DNA from: Hormiphora californensis
Lineage: Eukaryota > Animalia > Ctenophora
Reading direction: 5' to 3'
DNA length: 64,000 nucleotides
Assembly (NCBI GenBank): GCA_020137815.1
Contig: CM035353.1
Coordinates: forward strand, 434,001-498,000
The notes beneath the pieces were generated by a model. The model was not told the origin of the DNA and searched no databases. It saw only the letters and a program-made list of their open reading frames with translations. Shown here one piece after another: positions 1-12,548 of this stretch. Position 1 is the stretch's first letter. Every line of letters starts with the position of its first letter. Both the position numbers and the translations under genes were made by a program.

Positions 1-27
1 CCTGCCCAACTCCCTCTCTTCCCCCAG

Positions 28-2728
28 GTTCAGGTCCCATTACACCTGCCCAGCTGCTGATTGCCCTGCACCATATCGAGGGCAAGGGTGAGGAGATGAA
101 GTGTGTGATTGCCGCTACAAACATGTGCTTTTCCGAGAAAGCGATTTACACCAGTGAAGTGCTTGCTATTGTGCTAACCCAGCTATTAGAGGTAAGGGAG
201 GGTAATTTGGAAATGATAATTAGGACCCTTTCAAGGGTTCAAAGAAATGGTAAATCGGGGGCTAATATGTTATCTACCAACTATTTGCAGGTGTCGCCCA
301 TCCCGCTGCTCTATATGCGGTCAGTTATCCAGGCACTGAGTATGTGGCCCCGAATGGTCAGCTTTATCCTAAACCTACTGTACAAGTTGATTACTAAACA
401 AGTTTGGAAACAGAGTCAAGTGTGGAGAGGCTTTGTAAAGTGTGCTGCCATGTTAGGTAATGTCATGTTACCATGTTAGGTAATGTTAGATGACACCCAA
501 TATTGATCTGGATAAGGTTGTTTATTGTGAGATAATCGTAGCAGATCATAAAGCAAAACGTTGACCTAATTTAATTCTCACATTCTTTTCTACATCATAT
601 ATTAACTGTGTGGGAAGCTATAAATTAACAGCGGCCGATATCATTTCAGGGTCTCAGGCGCACAATCTCTTACTGACGTTACCGGCTGCTCGACTCAGGG
701 ATGCATTCAAGCTAAATCCCGCACTACATAATCCATTGTTACTACACGTCCAAAGTTTCACACCCCATCAGGTAGGGAGGACTGGGGTATTAATAGTGGG
801 CAGGGGGTTGTAGGGGGGGCGGGGGTAGTAATAGTGGGTACTGGGTGGTATAGAGGGGGTTGTAGGAGGGTAGTTGGGTAGTAGGGGGGTAGTGGGGTAA
901 TAATAGTGGGCAGGTGGTTGTAGGGGGGTACTGGGGTAGTAATAGTGGGTAGGGGGTTGTAGGGGGGTACTGGGGTAGTAATAGTGGGTAGGGGGTTGTA
1001 GGGGGGTACTGGGGTAGTAATAGTGGGTAGGGGGTTGTAGGGGGGTACTGGGGTAGTAATAGTGGGCAGGGGGTTGTAGGGGGGTACTGGGGTAGTAATA
1101 GTGGGCAGGGGGTTGTAGGGGGGTACTGGGGTAGTAATAGTGGGCAGGGGGTTGTAGGGGGGTACTGGGGTAGTAATAGTGGGCAGGGGGTTGTAGGGGG
1201 GTACTGGGGTAGTAATAGTGGGCAGGGGGTTGTAGGGGGGTATTGGGGTAGTAATAGTGGGCAGGGGGTTGTAGGGGGGTACTGGGGTAGTAATAGTGGG
1301 TAGGGGGTTGTAGGGGGGTACTGGGGTAGTAATAGTGGGTAGGGGGTTGTAGGGGGGTACTGGGGTAGTAATAGTGGGTAGGGGGTACTTGTGGGGGGGG
1401 GGGTATTGTGGCAATTGTAGTGTGTTAGTACTTGGATAATACTGGGGCGGGTAGTATAACTGGGGTAGTGTAGTATCTGGCAGCTCTAGTTTAACTAAAT
1501 AGTGTCGTAACAACTAACATTGTAAACGTGATCTACAGAAAGCGTTGATCGATAAAGATGTATTACTACTCATCAAATCACCACCAGTCGATGCTACCAT
1601 GACAGTCAAAAGTGCAGCAACCCTTCCACCTCCACAGGCTTTTCCGTCAGGTAATATTGTTTATTAATGTATAGTACTAGCGCACCCATTGGGTGCGCCT
1701 CAAGTAAGGGGTTTTTGATAACCCACCCGGCTTCGCCGGGTGGTTCTTTTCGCCCCTTTCCACGTCAATAACACGGTTGCCATGGCAACTGAATTGATAA
1801 CTATGGGGACTGGCTTGTTGAAAGTCGTTCGAAAATATTAACAAACTCCCACTGGAAGTTCCAAAAGTGCAAATAATTCTTGTTGAGAAAAACGGGTTTT
1901 CCCCGAAAAATCGCAAATTTCGCCCCTTTCAACGTCAATAACACGGTTGCCATGGCAACTGAATTGGTAACTATGGGGACTGGCATGTTAAAAGGCATTC
2001 GAAAATATTAATCAACTTCCACTGGAAGTTCCAAAACTGTGAGTAACAGCTTTACAGCTTTGGGCACATGGAGTGTTTTATGAAGGAGCAGCCTGTCGCT
2101 TAGATACCGCCTAACGAACGACTTCGACTTCGACGTTGTTCATCTCCAAATTATAATAGAGACTAGCGCACCCATTGGTTGCGCCTCAAGTAAGGGCTTT
2201 TTGATAACCCACCCGGCTTCGCCGGGTGGTTCCTTTCGCCACTTTCAACGTCAATAACACGGTTGCCATGGCAACTGAATTGGTAACTATGGGGACTGGC
2301 ATGTTAAAAGTCATTCGAATATATTAACAAACTTCCACCGGAAGTTCCAAAAGTGTAAATGGCAGCTTTACAGCTTTGGGTACATGAAATGTTTTATGAA
2401 GGAGCAGTCTGTCGCTTAGATACCGCCTAACGAACGACTTCGACGTCGTTCATCTCCAAATTATAATAGAGATTATTGTTTGTCGATGATTCTTGTGAGA
2501 GTAAAAGTATCAATTAATTATAGATGGTCATTGTAAAATTTGATAAAGAAGGGCTTTATAATTTCTGCACGTTATTTGTATTGTGTGTAATATATTGTAT
2601 CTTCAGGGAGTGTAACAGCAGAGCCAACAACACCAGTTATACTACCCCCACCCGGACCTCCCCTGCTCCTCCCTCCACCCCAGTCTACCGGTCCTCCCCT
2701 CCTTCCACCGCCCGGGGGTAGTACTTAG
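28..2728 (+). CDS. SYMPK: Symplekin, 3' portion (exons ~28-191, 291-456, 650-771, 1539-1650, 2607-2728; 5' part outside window)
   Basis: Spliced translation GPITPAQLLIALHHIE..MKCVIAATNMCFSEKAIYTSEVLAIVLTQLLE|VSPIPLLYMRSVIQALSMWPRMVSFILNLLYKLITKQVWKQSQVWRGFVKC matches the symplekin C-terminal domain. GT-AG boundaries have consistent phases; a Pro-rich last exon ends at TAG 2726-2728. Confidence 0.9.
772..1400. repeat. 39-bp G-rich minisatellite (GGGGGTACTGGGGTAGTAATAGTGGGYAGGGGGTTGTAG)n in a symplekin intron
   Basis: About 15 near-identical units starting right at the 5' splice site; explains the spurious PTITTPVPPYN ORF. Confidence 0.95.
1677..2472 (-). mobile_element. Non-autonomous Helitron, two head-to-tail copies (2472-2163 and 2162-1677)
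   Basis: On the minus strand each copy starts 5'-TCTCTATTATAA and ends with the hairpin GCGCACCCAATGGGTGCGC into CTAG-3'. A subterminal hairpin CCACCCGGCGAAGCCGGGTGG is present. Inserted between A and T with no TSD. Confidence 0.8.
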
Positions 2729-3131
2729 AACTGTGATATGAGAGGATATGAGAGGATATGAGAGGATATATGATGTGAGGATATGATGTGAAGTGACGAT
2801 CTGAATAAATGTGAATTGTCGAACTTTTGGAATGTAAAGAGGGCAAGTCAATTTTGACTTGATTTTAACGAAAGTGAATGATGAAAGTTCTATTGACTAT
2901 TTATTTTGTTCAACCCCATCTTATAACATAGTGTGTATGTGACTTTGTTTGCTATGGGTGGGTGGCCCTTGTATCAGTCACAGTTTTCAGGGGTTCTGGT
3001 GTGAGTTTGTGTAACGCGCGGTGACATACACCATAAATCAAGGGCGCGCCCCGCGCACGTACGGTCGAAATCTTGAAAGTATGGAAAGCGCGAAAATATC
3101 ATTTCTCCAGTGACATTTTCGCGAATAAGGA

Positions 3132-3726
3132 ACCATAATAAAGTTCAAGAGCCTCCCCATCCAAGAGGGGCGTCGTTACGATCTGGGTGTTTGGTGGCCT
3201 GTTTACAGGTGCGCGCTGCCAAAAAAGTTGATTCACTAAAACGGCTCTAACCGCCGAACCACTCAACCGTTTTGGCTAATTCAAAGTTTATCTGGTAGGG
3301 AATGTCAAGGCCTAACCTCAACCCAAACCCCAACCCTAACCCTAACCCTACTTTAGCCCTAACCCTAAAAAACCGTTTGTCAGCACTCACGAAACACCCA
3401 GATTTTAACGCTGGCCATCCAAGAGAGACCAAAATCAAGAGCGCACCACAACCAAAAGAGACCAAAATCAAGAGCACACCACAATCAAGAGCGCACCACA
3501 ATCAAGAGAGCTCCCTATCCAGATGTGGTGCGCTCTTGAATTTGGTCTCTCTTGATTGTGGTGCGCTCTTGATTTGGTCTCTCTTGATTGTGGTGTGCTC
3601 TTGATTTTGGTCTCTCTTGATTGTGGTGTGCTCTTGATTTTGGTCTCTCTTGATTGTGGTGCGCTCTTGATTTTGGTCTCTCTTGGATGGGGTGCGCTCT
3701 TGGAGGCTCTTGAACTTTATTATGGT
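3132..3726. mobile_element. MITE with TIR CCATAATAAAGTTCAAGAGCCTCC and internal ~30-bp repeats, carrying a nested TIR element (3168-3415)
   Basis: Terminal inverted repeats are visible. The nested element has GGGCGTCGTTACGATCTGGGTGTTT / AAACACCCAGATTTTAACGCTGGCC ends and a ~10-bp flanking duplication CATCCAAGAG (Mutator-like). Confidence 0.7.
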
Positions 3727-4258
3727 TTCTTATGTTGTTGGCGAAGTTGTTTGAATTACGTCGACTTGTGATTTGGGCTGGTAAAGTTCTGCTATTTCCA
3801 CCTCAATAATTGCATTGATTCGTGGTCCGTGATGCTTGGGGGAAATTGGACACGACCACTAGTGTCTAGTGACCATTGTCCATTTGGGCTCGCGTAAGCT
3901 CACACCGGTGTGAAAGCCCTGTAGGTTTTAATTTTGGCGGAAATTATATTCCGGACGACTGTTAGTAAAGCCATCGTTTATTTATCATTCCATTACCTAT
4001 TATTTACTTGTAATCACCTGGCTAGTTTGTATAATAGCACTGATTTTAAAGATCAAAATCTTAAACAAATAGCTGAAAATTACAATATTATGGAATCTAA
4101 CTTGACGAATCACGTAGCTGAGTTTTTGCTGAGTCGGTAATATTTCTATAAACATAAATTCTAGACCATAAGAAAAATATATTCCCGTTTCATAGGGCCC
4201 AATTAATATTACAGGGTGTCCCATATATATAGTAGATCAATGTCTTCACTGTCTATGG

Positions 4259-6197
4259 TTATATCGCAGCGTTTCCTTGTTTTGTCAGATTTATATCGTC
4301 CTCATTATCATCATCATCATCATTATCTCCCTTTTTCTTGCAAACGTCAAAGTAATGGCAAATAATATACGCCACCACCTGCAGAAAAAATTCGATTATC
4401 CACTACAATTAACAAATTCTAGGAACCGACCAATACAAGTAAACAACCAATCATAACTCGTTATTTAGGTCACGTGACTGGTTATTGGCCAATCAGGGAC
4501 CAGTATTTCCTGATTCGGTCGGTTCCTGCTGTTTTCATACTGTAACTTACCATGCCCGCTCCAAGGATTATATAGAGGAAGGGGTAGAGTTTCCAAAAGA
4601 AGTACTTGTTACAAACACATGTGTTCCTTAGCATATCATCCACCACACATCTGCCAAATATATCAATTTTTAATTGATTAATGTTAAATGTTACCTGCGA
4701 AAGTGATTACAATACCAAATCTCTAATTACCATTTCCCTACTGTTTCCCTAAAGCTGTGTCAGTATGCTTAATGCAGTCCACCCTGTCAGGCCAATGCTC
4801 TGACCACAGTTCTCACACGCTCCAAAATGAGAATAGGGTGAGGCCAACACTCTGACAGAGTCGCCCCAGTGCACTCTTTTTTGACGGCCACCAGGGGACT
4901 GCAGCGTAGGCCAAGTCTACCCGTTATATATACTACATCGCATTGTTGATTTGCTCAACAAACATGGTTACTCTTAACTCACTCGCATTTCTTACAGTTA
5001 CTTACAGTTACTTAACAACTATATAATATACTACATCACATGTTATTTAACTCACTCGCATTTCTCATAGATCTCCGCCACACAATCCTCTGTCTGTCTC
5101 TCTGCGTAGGTGACACAGGCGGGCTGTCCTGTTGTCTCGTTAGTTTTGCACCAAGACAGAGACGTTAAATTCATCTCCTTCCTCAGGGTTATACGGTCGA
5201 TATAGTAGGACACTGTTCGGGATATATAAGGATAAGGTCGATATAGTAGGACACTGTTCGGGATATATAAGGATAAGGTCGATATAGTAGGACACTGTTC
5301 GGGATATAAGGATAAGGTCGATGTAGTAGGACACTGCAGTCAAATACGGAATTAAATAAGTGATATTAAGGATAATAGATCTTATTAGTTGATCTGGGTA
5401 ATGAATATTTTTAGTCCTTTCGCCTCGACCCTTTCTATGAATGGGCCTTGCTGTAACACTACTATATATTTCAACACCCTGTACATTACAGCTGCATATA
5501 ATATTATGACTGACCGTTACAATTTAATATAGTTTCGTTGAACTCCAACCTTCCAACACATGTCCCTGGTGCCTCAATGTATGTACAGATACCTGAAACA
5601 TCATGGTCATTTAGTATTTGTACATATATATACTACACTATTATATAAATGTGTGTCCCACTAATATATTATGTACATGATTACAAGTACAACAAATACG
5701 ATACTGGAATCAATTAATCAAACTCATGATGAGGCGTGGCTTCAGCTGGCACTGTGAGAATCGATGCTACACACTAATTGGTGGCTCTAACTGTTGAACA
5801 ATTATCATACACATTTCAAGCTCGCCAATTTAATACTTTTTGAATGCGGTGCAGCCGTTGCATTATACTAAGTAGTAACCACTAACTTTAACTATAAACC
5901 ACGATAGGACATTTCATTGTTATACAAGATCCAAGGTGCAGGGAGTTTAAAAATGTACAGATGTACCTAGTTCCAATTCATGCCAATATTATAAATGTAT
6001 GGTTACATGGTTACATGGTTACACGTATATCATAGTTACAAGTGGTTACCATGGTTACAAGTGGTTACCATGGTTACAAGTGGTTACCATGGTTACCATG
6101 GTTACAAGTGGTTACCTGCATTCTCAGGGTGGTCCACATCATCTGTGCAGGTGGAGTGAGCTCCCCCGAACAACTGAAGTGTCAGAATTAACAACAT
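4259..6197 (-). CDS. Uncharacterised ~180-aa type I membrane protein with Cys-rich ectodomain (exons 6197-6116, ~5592-5515, 5212-5056, 4650-4551, 4378-4259)
   Basis: Five GT-AG exons join in frame. Signal peptide MLLILTLQLFGGAHS, about 11 extracellular Cys, NxT/S sequons (NET, NLT, NET), TM segment LYPFLYIILGAGMVVAYIICHYF, and a cytoplasmic tail KKK-DNDDDDDNEDD ending in TAA. Confidence 0.75.
4420..4528 (+). mobile_element. ~109-bp hAT-type MITE (copy 1), in the last intron of the membrane-protein gene
   Basis: TIR (C)AGGAACCGACC...GGTCGGTTCCTG; same family as the 10389 copy. Confidence 0.85.
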
Positions 6198-7000
6198 CTG
6201 CTGATCAGTGAGGGAGAAATATTAAGTTTGAGCTGCAGCTCGGAGGTGTCGAAGTCCTGCTGTACAGCGGCATATATATAACAACAAAGAAGCTGTACAT
6301 ACGAGCATGACTAAAAGCGTGTTCAGTAGTACAGCTGTATTGAGGAACTGCAGGTCTAATAATAATGCGTGCAATCGAAATCATATACCGTGATTTACTT
6401 TATGAACGCCGAAAAAGCATATTTCTTAATCAGTGGACATTGGACAATTGACAAATGGCAATTAGACGTCGCTCAAGCAGTAGTACAACGTTATGCAGTT
6501 ACCTGGTAGCTCGTTAAGAGCTTCAGAGGAGAATACAAAATATTGGGCCTAGCTAAGGATATGTTGCGTGAGATAATTGTAAAATGTAAAACTCAAGAAA
6601 AGCCAATAAAATATTGACATGTTCCTCGTCTGTCAGCTCTCACACCGGGCCGGATAACGATTTAGCATTTAGTTGGGAACAGTGATAGTTGCTGTATACG
6701 GAGCTATAACACCTCAAGATGCTCAGTAGATCGTAGCAGACTGGCCCGAGAACTCATTATAGATTTGGAGAGAACGAGTGGGAGAAGAGGAGCATTCATT
6801 CGAGATTCATAATTGGCAAACTGTGTTAGATTTGGGACGTGTGTGTGTGTATGTGTGTTCATATGATTAATATAAGACGATCGTGTTGGTTCTCCGTTCT
6901 CCCTCTCCCTCTCCCAATTATCTCTCTCTCTCTCTCTCAATTATCTCTCTCTCTCTCTCCCTCCCTCAATTATCTTTCAATTATATCTCTCTCTCTCTCA

Positions 7001-7410
7001 TGGGTGGGTGATCTGATCCTCAGTGGGGTGATCTGATCCTCAGTGGGGTGATCTGATCCTCAGTGGGGTGATCTGATCCTCAGTGGGGTAATCTGATCCT
7101 CAGTGGGGTGATCTGATCCTCAGTGGGGTGATCTGATCCTCAGTGGGGTGATCTGATCCTCAGTGGGGGGATCTGATCCTCAGTGGGGTGATCTGATCCT
7201 CAGTGGGGTGATCTGATCCTCAGTGGGGTGATCTGTCCCTCAGTGGGGTGATCTGATCCTCAGTGGGGTGATCTGATCCTCAGTGGGGTGATCTGATCCT
7301 CAGTGGGGTGATCTGATCCTCAGTGGGGGATCTGATCCTCAGTGGGGTGATCTGATCCTCAGTGGGGGTTTAGAATCCCTTTTATCCTGCACGTGGGGGA
7401 CTGATCCTCA
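7001..7410. repeat. 20-bp tandem repeat (GTGATCTGATCCTCAGTGGG)n
   Basis: About 18 near-perfect copies that decay into low-quality sequence. Confidence 0.95.
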
Positions 7411-9620
7411 GTTGGGGATTTGCCTAGTGGGTTTTTTTTCTCAAAAAACTAAAAAAATTCTTTCCTGGGGTGTCATTTTAACCGGGGGGAAATTTATTTT
7501 TAGTTGGGACTAATTTGGTTCGGACTATTAAGATCCAGGTGAAGGGGCCCGGGAACTCTTTAGTTTGGGGGAAAACAGGGGGGGAAAAAGGGCTTCTTTG
7601 GGGTTCTATTAAAGGTTTTGTTTTGGGGCTTTTGGTGATTTTTTTTAAAATTTTGACTCGTGGGGGTTTCTCCGTTTTCTCCCTCTATTATCTCTTTTTT
7701 TTTAATTTTTTTTTCCCCCCCCTTTTTAAAAATTTTCCCTTCCAGGGTTTCGCCCTGGGGACGATTTTGGGGGTTTTATCCTCATGGGTGAGACCCCAGG
7801 GGTTTTACCCCGGGGGCCCTGATCCTGGGGGGTATTACCTGGGGGGTATTATTCGGGGGATCTTTAGGGGGGTTTATCCCTTTTGGGACTGCCCTTTGGG
7901 GTTTCGCCCTCATTGACCACCCTCTTTTTTGGGAAATGGGTTTTACACCTATTGGGTATTGTTCAGGGGGGGCGATCCTGGGGGGTGATTGATCCTCTTC
8001 TTTCCCCCCCCCTCCCTCCCTTTCCCCCCCCCTTTTTTCCCCCTCTCCCCCCCCCTTTTTTTTTTTCCCCCCCCAAAAAAAACCCCCCCCTTTTTTTTTT
8101 TTTTCCCCCCCCCCCCCTTTTTTTAAAAAAATTTTTTTTTTAAATTTTTCCCTAAATTTTTTTTTCCAAAATTTTTTTAAAAGGGGGGTTTTTTTTTTTT
8201 CCCTTTCCCACCCCCCCCTTTTCCCCCCCTTTTCCCGGTTTTTTCCCCTTTTCTTTTTTTTGGGGGTTTTTTTTTCCCCTTTTTTTGCCCCCCCCCTTTT
8301 TTTTTGGGGGTTTTTAAAGGTTTCCCCCCCCCCTTTTTTTTTTTTCCCTTCTTCGGGTTTCCCTCTTCCCCCTTTTCTTTTTTCCCTCCCCCCCCCCCCT
8401 TTTTTTTCCCCTCCTCTCTCGTCCCCCTCCCTCCTTTTCTCTCCCCTTCTTTTTTCTTTCCCCTTTTCCCTCTTTTTCCCCTCCCCCCCCTCGTCCCCAA
8501 CCATTCATCATGTATTTGTCACTGAGATCCATTTTGCACTGAGCATTTTTTTCCTCCTCCTTTTCCATACTTTTTAGTTTCTTGATCTCGTCCACCCTTC
8601 TCCCTTTCTTCTCCACCCCCCTCTCCCCTCCTCCTGTCTTGCCGCGTTCTGTTCTAAAAAGCCAAAAATAAGAAAGGGGTTTTAGAGAAAAAGAGAGGGT
8701 GAGAAGAGGAGAAAGAGATTAGAGAAAGGGTGAGGGGGGAAAGGGGGAATTAAAAAGGGAGGGGAGGGTGGGGGGTTTTTTTTTTTAAATTTTTTTTTTT
8801 CCCCCCCCCCCCTTTTTTTTGCCCCCCCCAAAAAAAAGGGGGGGGGGGGGGGGGGGTTTTTTTTTTTTTTTTTTTTCCCCCTTTTTTTTTCCCCCTTTTT
8901 TTTTTTTTTTTGTTTTTTTTTTTCCCCCCCCCCCCCCCCCCCCCTCGTTTTTGACTGCCCCCTAAAGTAATCGGGCCCTTTAGTAAAAGTGGGAAAGAAA
9001 TGAATCAAAAAAACCCCCCTTGGGTGAATTGTTTTTTTAATCATTTAACAGTTGCTTTTCCCTTTGAGGCCGTCTTAAATAGTATTTACAACAAAAGGGG
9101 AAACTTTAAGATGCCATTGTAAATCTCGTTACTCTCAGTTTAAATTTCCATGTTTAAAAATTTGATCCTATCCCCCTTTTTGAAAATTTAAATTTCCGCA
9201 ATTTCGCTCTTTTTTGGTAAGGAACAAAAGAGAAATCCTCTTGTTTTGTGGGGAACCCCGGGGGGGAATTTCCCAACTCTTTTGGTGTTTTAAAAAAAAT
9301 TTTCCTAAATTTTCATTTTATAGGGGTATTCCCTAAGGGAAAATTTAAAGGTTAATTGCGAAAATTTGGGTTTTTCCCTAAAAACTTCCCTCATCAAAAA
9401 GAATGTGGTAGAGAAAAAATTGGCACTGAAGAGGGTAAATTTTCCTGAAATCACAACACCCCCTTTCCCAAGTGAATAAAATGTGTAAAAGGGAAATAAA
9501 GGGAAAAAGGAAGTCCCGAAGAGGGTGAATGCAAAAATATGGGTTTTAAAAGGAAAAATTAAAAAGGGGGCAATTTTAAAAGGGCGAAAAAAAAAAAAGG
9601 AAAAGAGAGAGTGGCTGAGT
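7410..9620. other. Homopolymer-rich, probably low-quality sequence or assembly segment
   Basis: Alternating long runs of T, C, G and A, plus garbled echoes of the preceding 20-mer, as in read-tail noise. Confidence 0.75.
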
Positions 9621-10388
9621 GGGGAGCAAGAGAGAGATAGTGGGGATAAGATGAGAGAGAGAGAGAGAGAGAGCGAGAGATAGAGATCAGGAGGGAGAGA
9701 GAAAGAGAGAGAGAAAGAAAGGGAAAGATAATGATAGAGAGGAACGGCTGACACTGGTGGGGCGGAGAGAGAGAGAGAGTACAAGTTTTCTCCGTCCCAA
9801 ACTTCGTATACTGCAGCAGTATTCAACCTGTGTGAGAGTCTAGAACGATTTTGCAGTACTAATAATATTAGTCTAATATTCAATTAAGAACAGGAGCTTT
9901 CGACTGATCTATGTCAGACGTCTTCAGCTACTGTAACCCGTACTTAGTACTACTACTACTAAAGTAACGTGTGGTGGGGAATTAGGTTTCTATAGACACT
10001 ATAGTGTGTTTGTATGTGTGTGCAACACCAGAGCATACATCACACACAAATGGTCAACTCAAGCTGTACTTGAGATGACCATTTAAAGATAAGTACACAC
10101 AAGCAAAAAGAGCTTGAGTCTCGCAGTTCAGAACATTTTAACACAATACAATAAGCGATAATGTATAATCCCGGATAACCTGTAGATAGCTCGGATAGCC
10201 CGGATGATCGTAGGTATTTTCACGATATAGCTATTCCAGAATTATATGCAGTATTGTAACATCAGATAAAGGAAGGAATTTTCATGCTAGTATTTTGACA
10301 TGCTGTGTGCAGTGTGCTTTCTATCACTTTATCGCATGTACCTCGCGGCTCCCACTACGGCCAGACATAATTGTTAAACCATATGATC

Positions 10389-10497
10389 CAGGAACCGACC
10401 GAAACAAGTATACAACCAATCAGAACTCGTTATTTAGGTCACGTGACTGGTTATCAGCCAATCAGTGACCAGTATTTCCTGATTCGGTCAGTTCCTG
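10389..10497 (+). mobile_element. ~109-bp hAT-type MITE (copy 2) with 8-bp TSD ATATGATC
   Basis: CAGGAACCGACCGA...TCGGTCAGTTCCTG flanked on both sides by ATATGATC. An 8-bp TSD with CAG termini is typical of hAT. Confidence 0.9.
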
Positions 10498-11081
10498 ATA
10501 TGATCCTTACATGTCTCTAGTGATCGAACACGTCCTCTCCTCGTACGCCCCAGGACCTGAGTTTGAACAAAAAACATCCAAATAATGGGATCCGATCCTT
10601 GGGTGAGTTGGACCAGATCCAACACTGTGATCCGATCCGGGGGCCACCATTGGAATGACGAATGTGTGTAGTAATGCTGCCGCTTGTATAGTGGCATTAC
10701 CGTAATGGAATTACAGTAATAAGTTCATGTGTTGATTGGACAAGTTAGACTCGCTGGATATTATTGGAAGAAACCAGATATTTCGGTGTATAACACCATC
10801 ATCAGTAGTAGCTCAAATGCATGTTTCAGCACGTACTAGCGCACTGATTGGCCACGGTTGTGCGTCTTCTTACCGTATCTCCGTTTTCCATTACCGGTTT
10901 CCCACTACAAGCGACCGGGTTACAGCTGGGGTTGGGGGGGTCTACACGAAACACGTGTTTTGTAACATGTAACACGCACAAAAAGGTTTACGTTCCCCGC
11001 CCTTACCTGCATCGCGTTGTTGCGATTGGCTTAATTCTTATACTATAAATAATATGTAACAGCAATGTGTTGCATATAATA

Positions 11082-12349
11082 CTGTGTGTTTTTAAATGAC
11101 TGAGACTGTTCAAATCGACATAGCGTAAAAAGTTGTGAATATTTTGCTCTGAAATTTTAGGGCAAGGTAGATGGCTACCTGCCATTTATTGTACTTGAAT
11201 TTCAGCAAAATCGGTCGTTCCTGAATGAACCTGTAGCCCAAAAACCTCCTCTAACTTTGAGCGCTCAGATCTCTGCAACCTGATGAGGTAGAGAGCTCAA
11301 ACTTTCACATTATGTTCATTAGACATTTTACAAACTTTTGGCTGCTTGGTTTGGAGATATCTTTTTTAGTTCCTTCGCAGGAACACGGCAAAGTGGTGTA
11401 ACTCGGCCTAATTGGGAGCATTTTTGCCCTCAGGTATCACGTATCACGTGTCTTACTGGGGGTAATCATCCCCAAGCAATGTGTTACACCGATTGTGTAA
11501 TTGGTGCTGAGTGCGGTTAAGCGTGGTGCTTCGTCAGCAGACGTGATCATAGTGTCTGAAATCGTTGACAAGCTCAAATCCAGACAAATTTTTCTAATTC
11601 TCTTCCTTTACATCCTGCTGTCTCTCTCTCTTTTTTGTTACAAGGTCACGTGATTAGCTGTCGAACATCTCGACATAAAACAACGTCTATAGTTTCACCA
11701 ATTCGCTCTCTCTATCTGCTGAGTATAACTCTCGTCATGACGAAGAAGATGTGACTCTCTTCCTTTCTCTCTATTTCTCTCGCGATCTCTTTCTCTCTCT
11801 CTTGTCATGACGAAGCGTCACGCTCTACCACACTCAGCACCACAGCTAGTCACGTGACCTTGTCAACGATTTCAGACACTATGATCACGTCTGCTGACGA
11901 AGCGCCACACTTTTCCATGCTCAACACCAATTACACAATCGGTGTAACACATGGCTGGGGGCTGATTACCCCCAGTAAGACACGTGATACGTGATACCTA
12001 AGGGCAAAAATGCTCTCAATTAGGCCGAGTTACACCACTTTGGCGTGTTCCTGCGAAGGAACTAAAAAAGATATCGCCAAACCAAGCAGCCAAAAGTTTG
12101 TAAAATGTCTAATGAACATATTGTAAAAGTTTGAGCTCTCTACCTCATCAGGTAACAGAGATCTGAGTGCTCAAAGTTAGAGGAGGTTTTTGGCCTACAG
12201 GTTCATTCAGGAACGACCGATTTTGCTGAAATTCAAGTACAATAAATGGCAGGTAGCCATCTACCTTGTCCTAAAATTTCAGAGCAAAATATTCACAACT
12301 TTTGACGCTATGTCGATTTGAACAGTCTCAGTCATTTAAAAACACACAG
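11082..12349. mobile_element. Non-autonomous foldback element with ~500-bp TIRs and TA TSD (Tc1/mariner-type)
   Basis: TA|CTGTGTGTTTTTAAATG ... CATTTAAAAACACACAG|TA; the arms (~11082-11570 and ~11860-12349) are near-perfect inverted copies. Confidence 0.85.
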
Positions 12350-12548
12350 TATTATATAGTACAATTTAAAGCATCTTGCATCAAGCTAGTAAAGGCAGGG
12401 AATGCCATTTCCTGCCTTTGCTACTTTTCTTGGAAATGGGACGAGGACAGGGTTGCGAGGAGACTAGCACTCTCTCTCTCTCACTCACTCTCTCTCACTC
12501 ACTCAATCTCAGTCATTCAATTCCTCAAACTCAAGCCCTTACTTTGCC

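Noticed and set aside
758-1513. 251-aa Pro/Thr-rich mucin/extensin-like ORF
   Set aside because: Antisense translation of an intronic 39-bp minisatellite.
7001-7410. CRISPR-like array
   Set aside because: Contiguous repeats with no unique spacers, no cas genes, and eukaryotic context. The same applies to 62316-62953.
7515-9883. Lys/Gly/Phe/Pro-rich ORFs
   Set aside because: They arise from homopolymer-rich, probably low-quality sequence.
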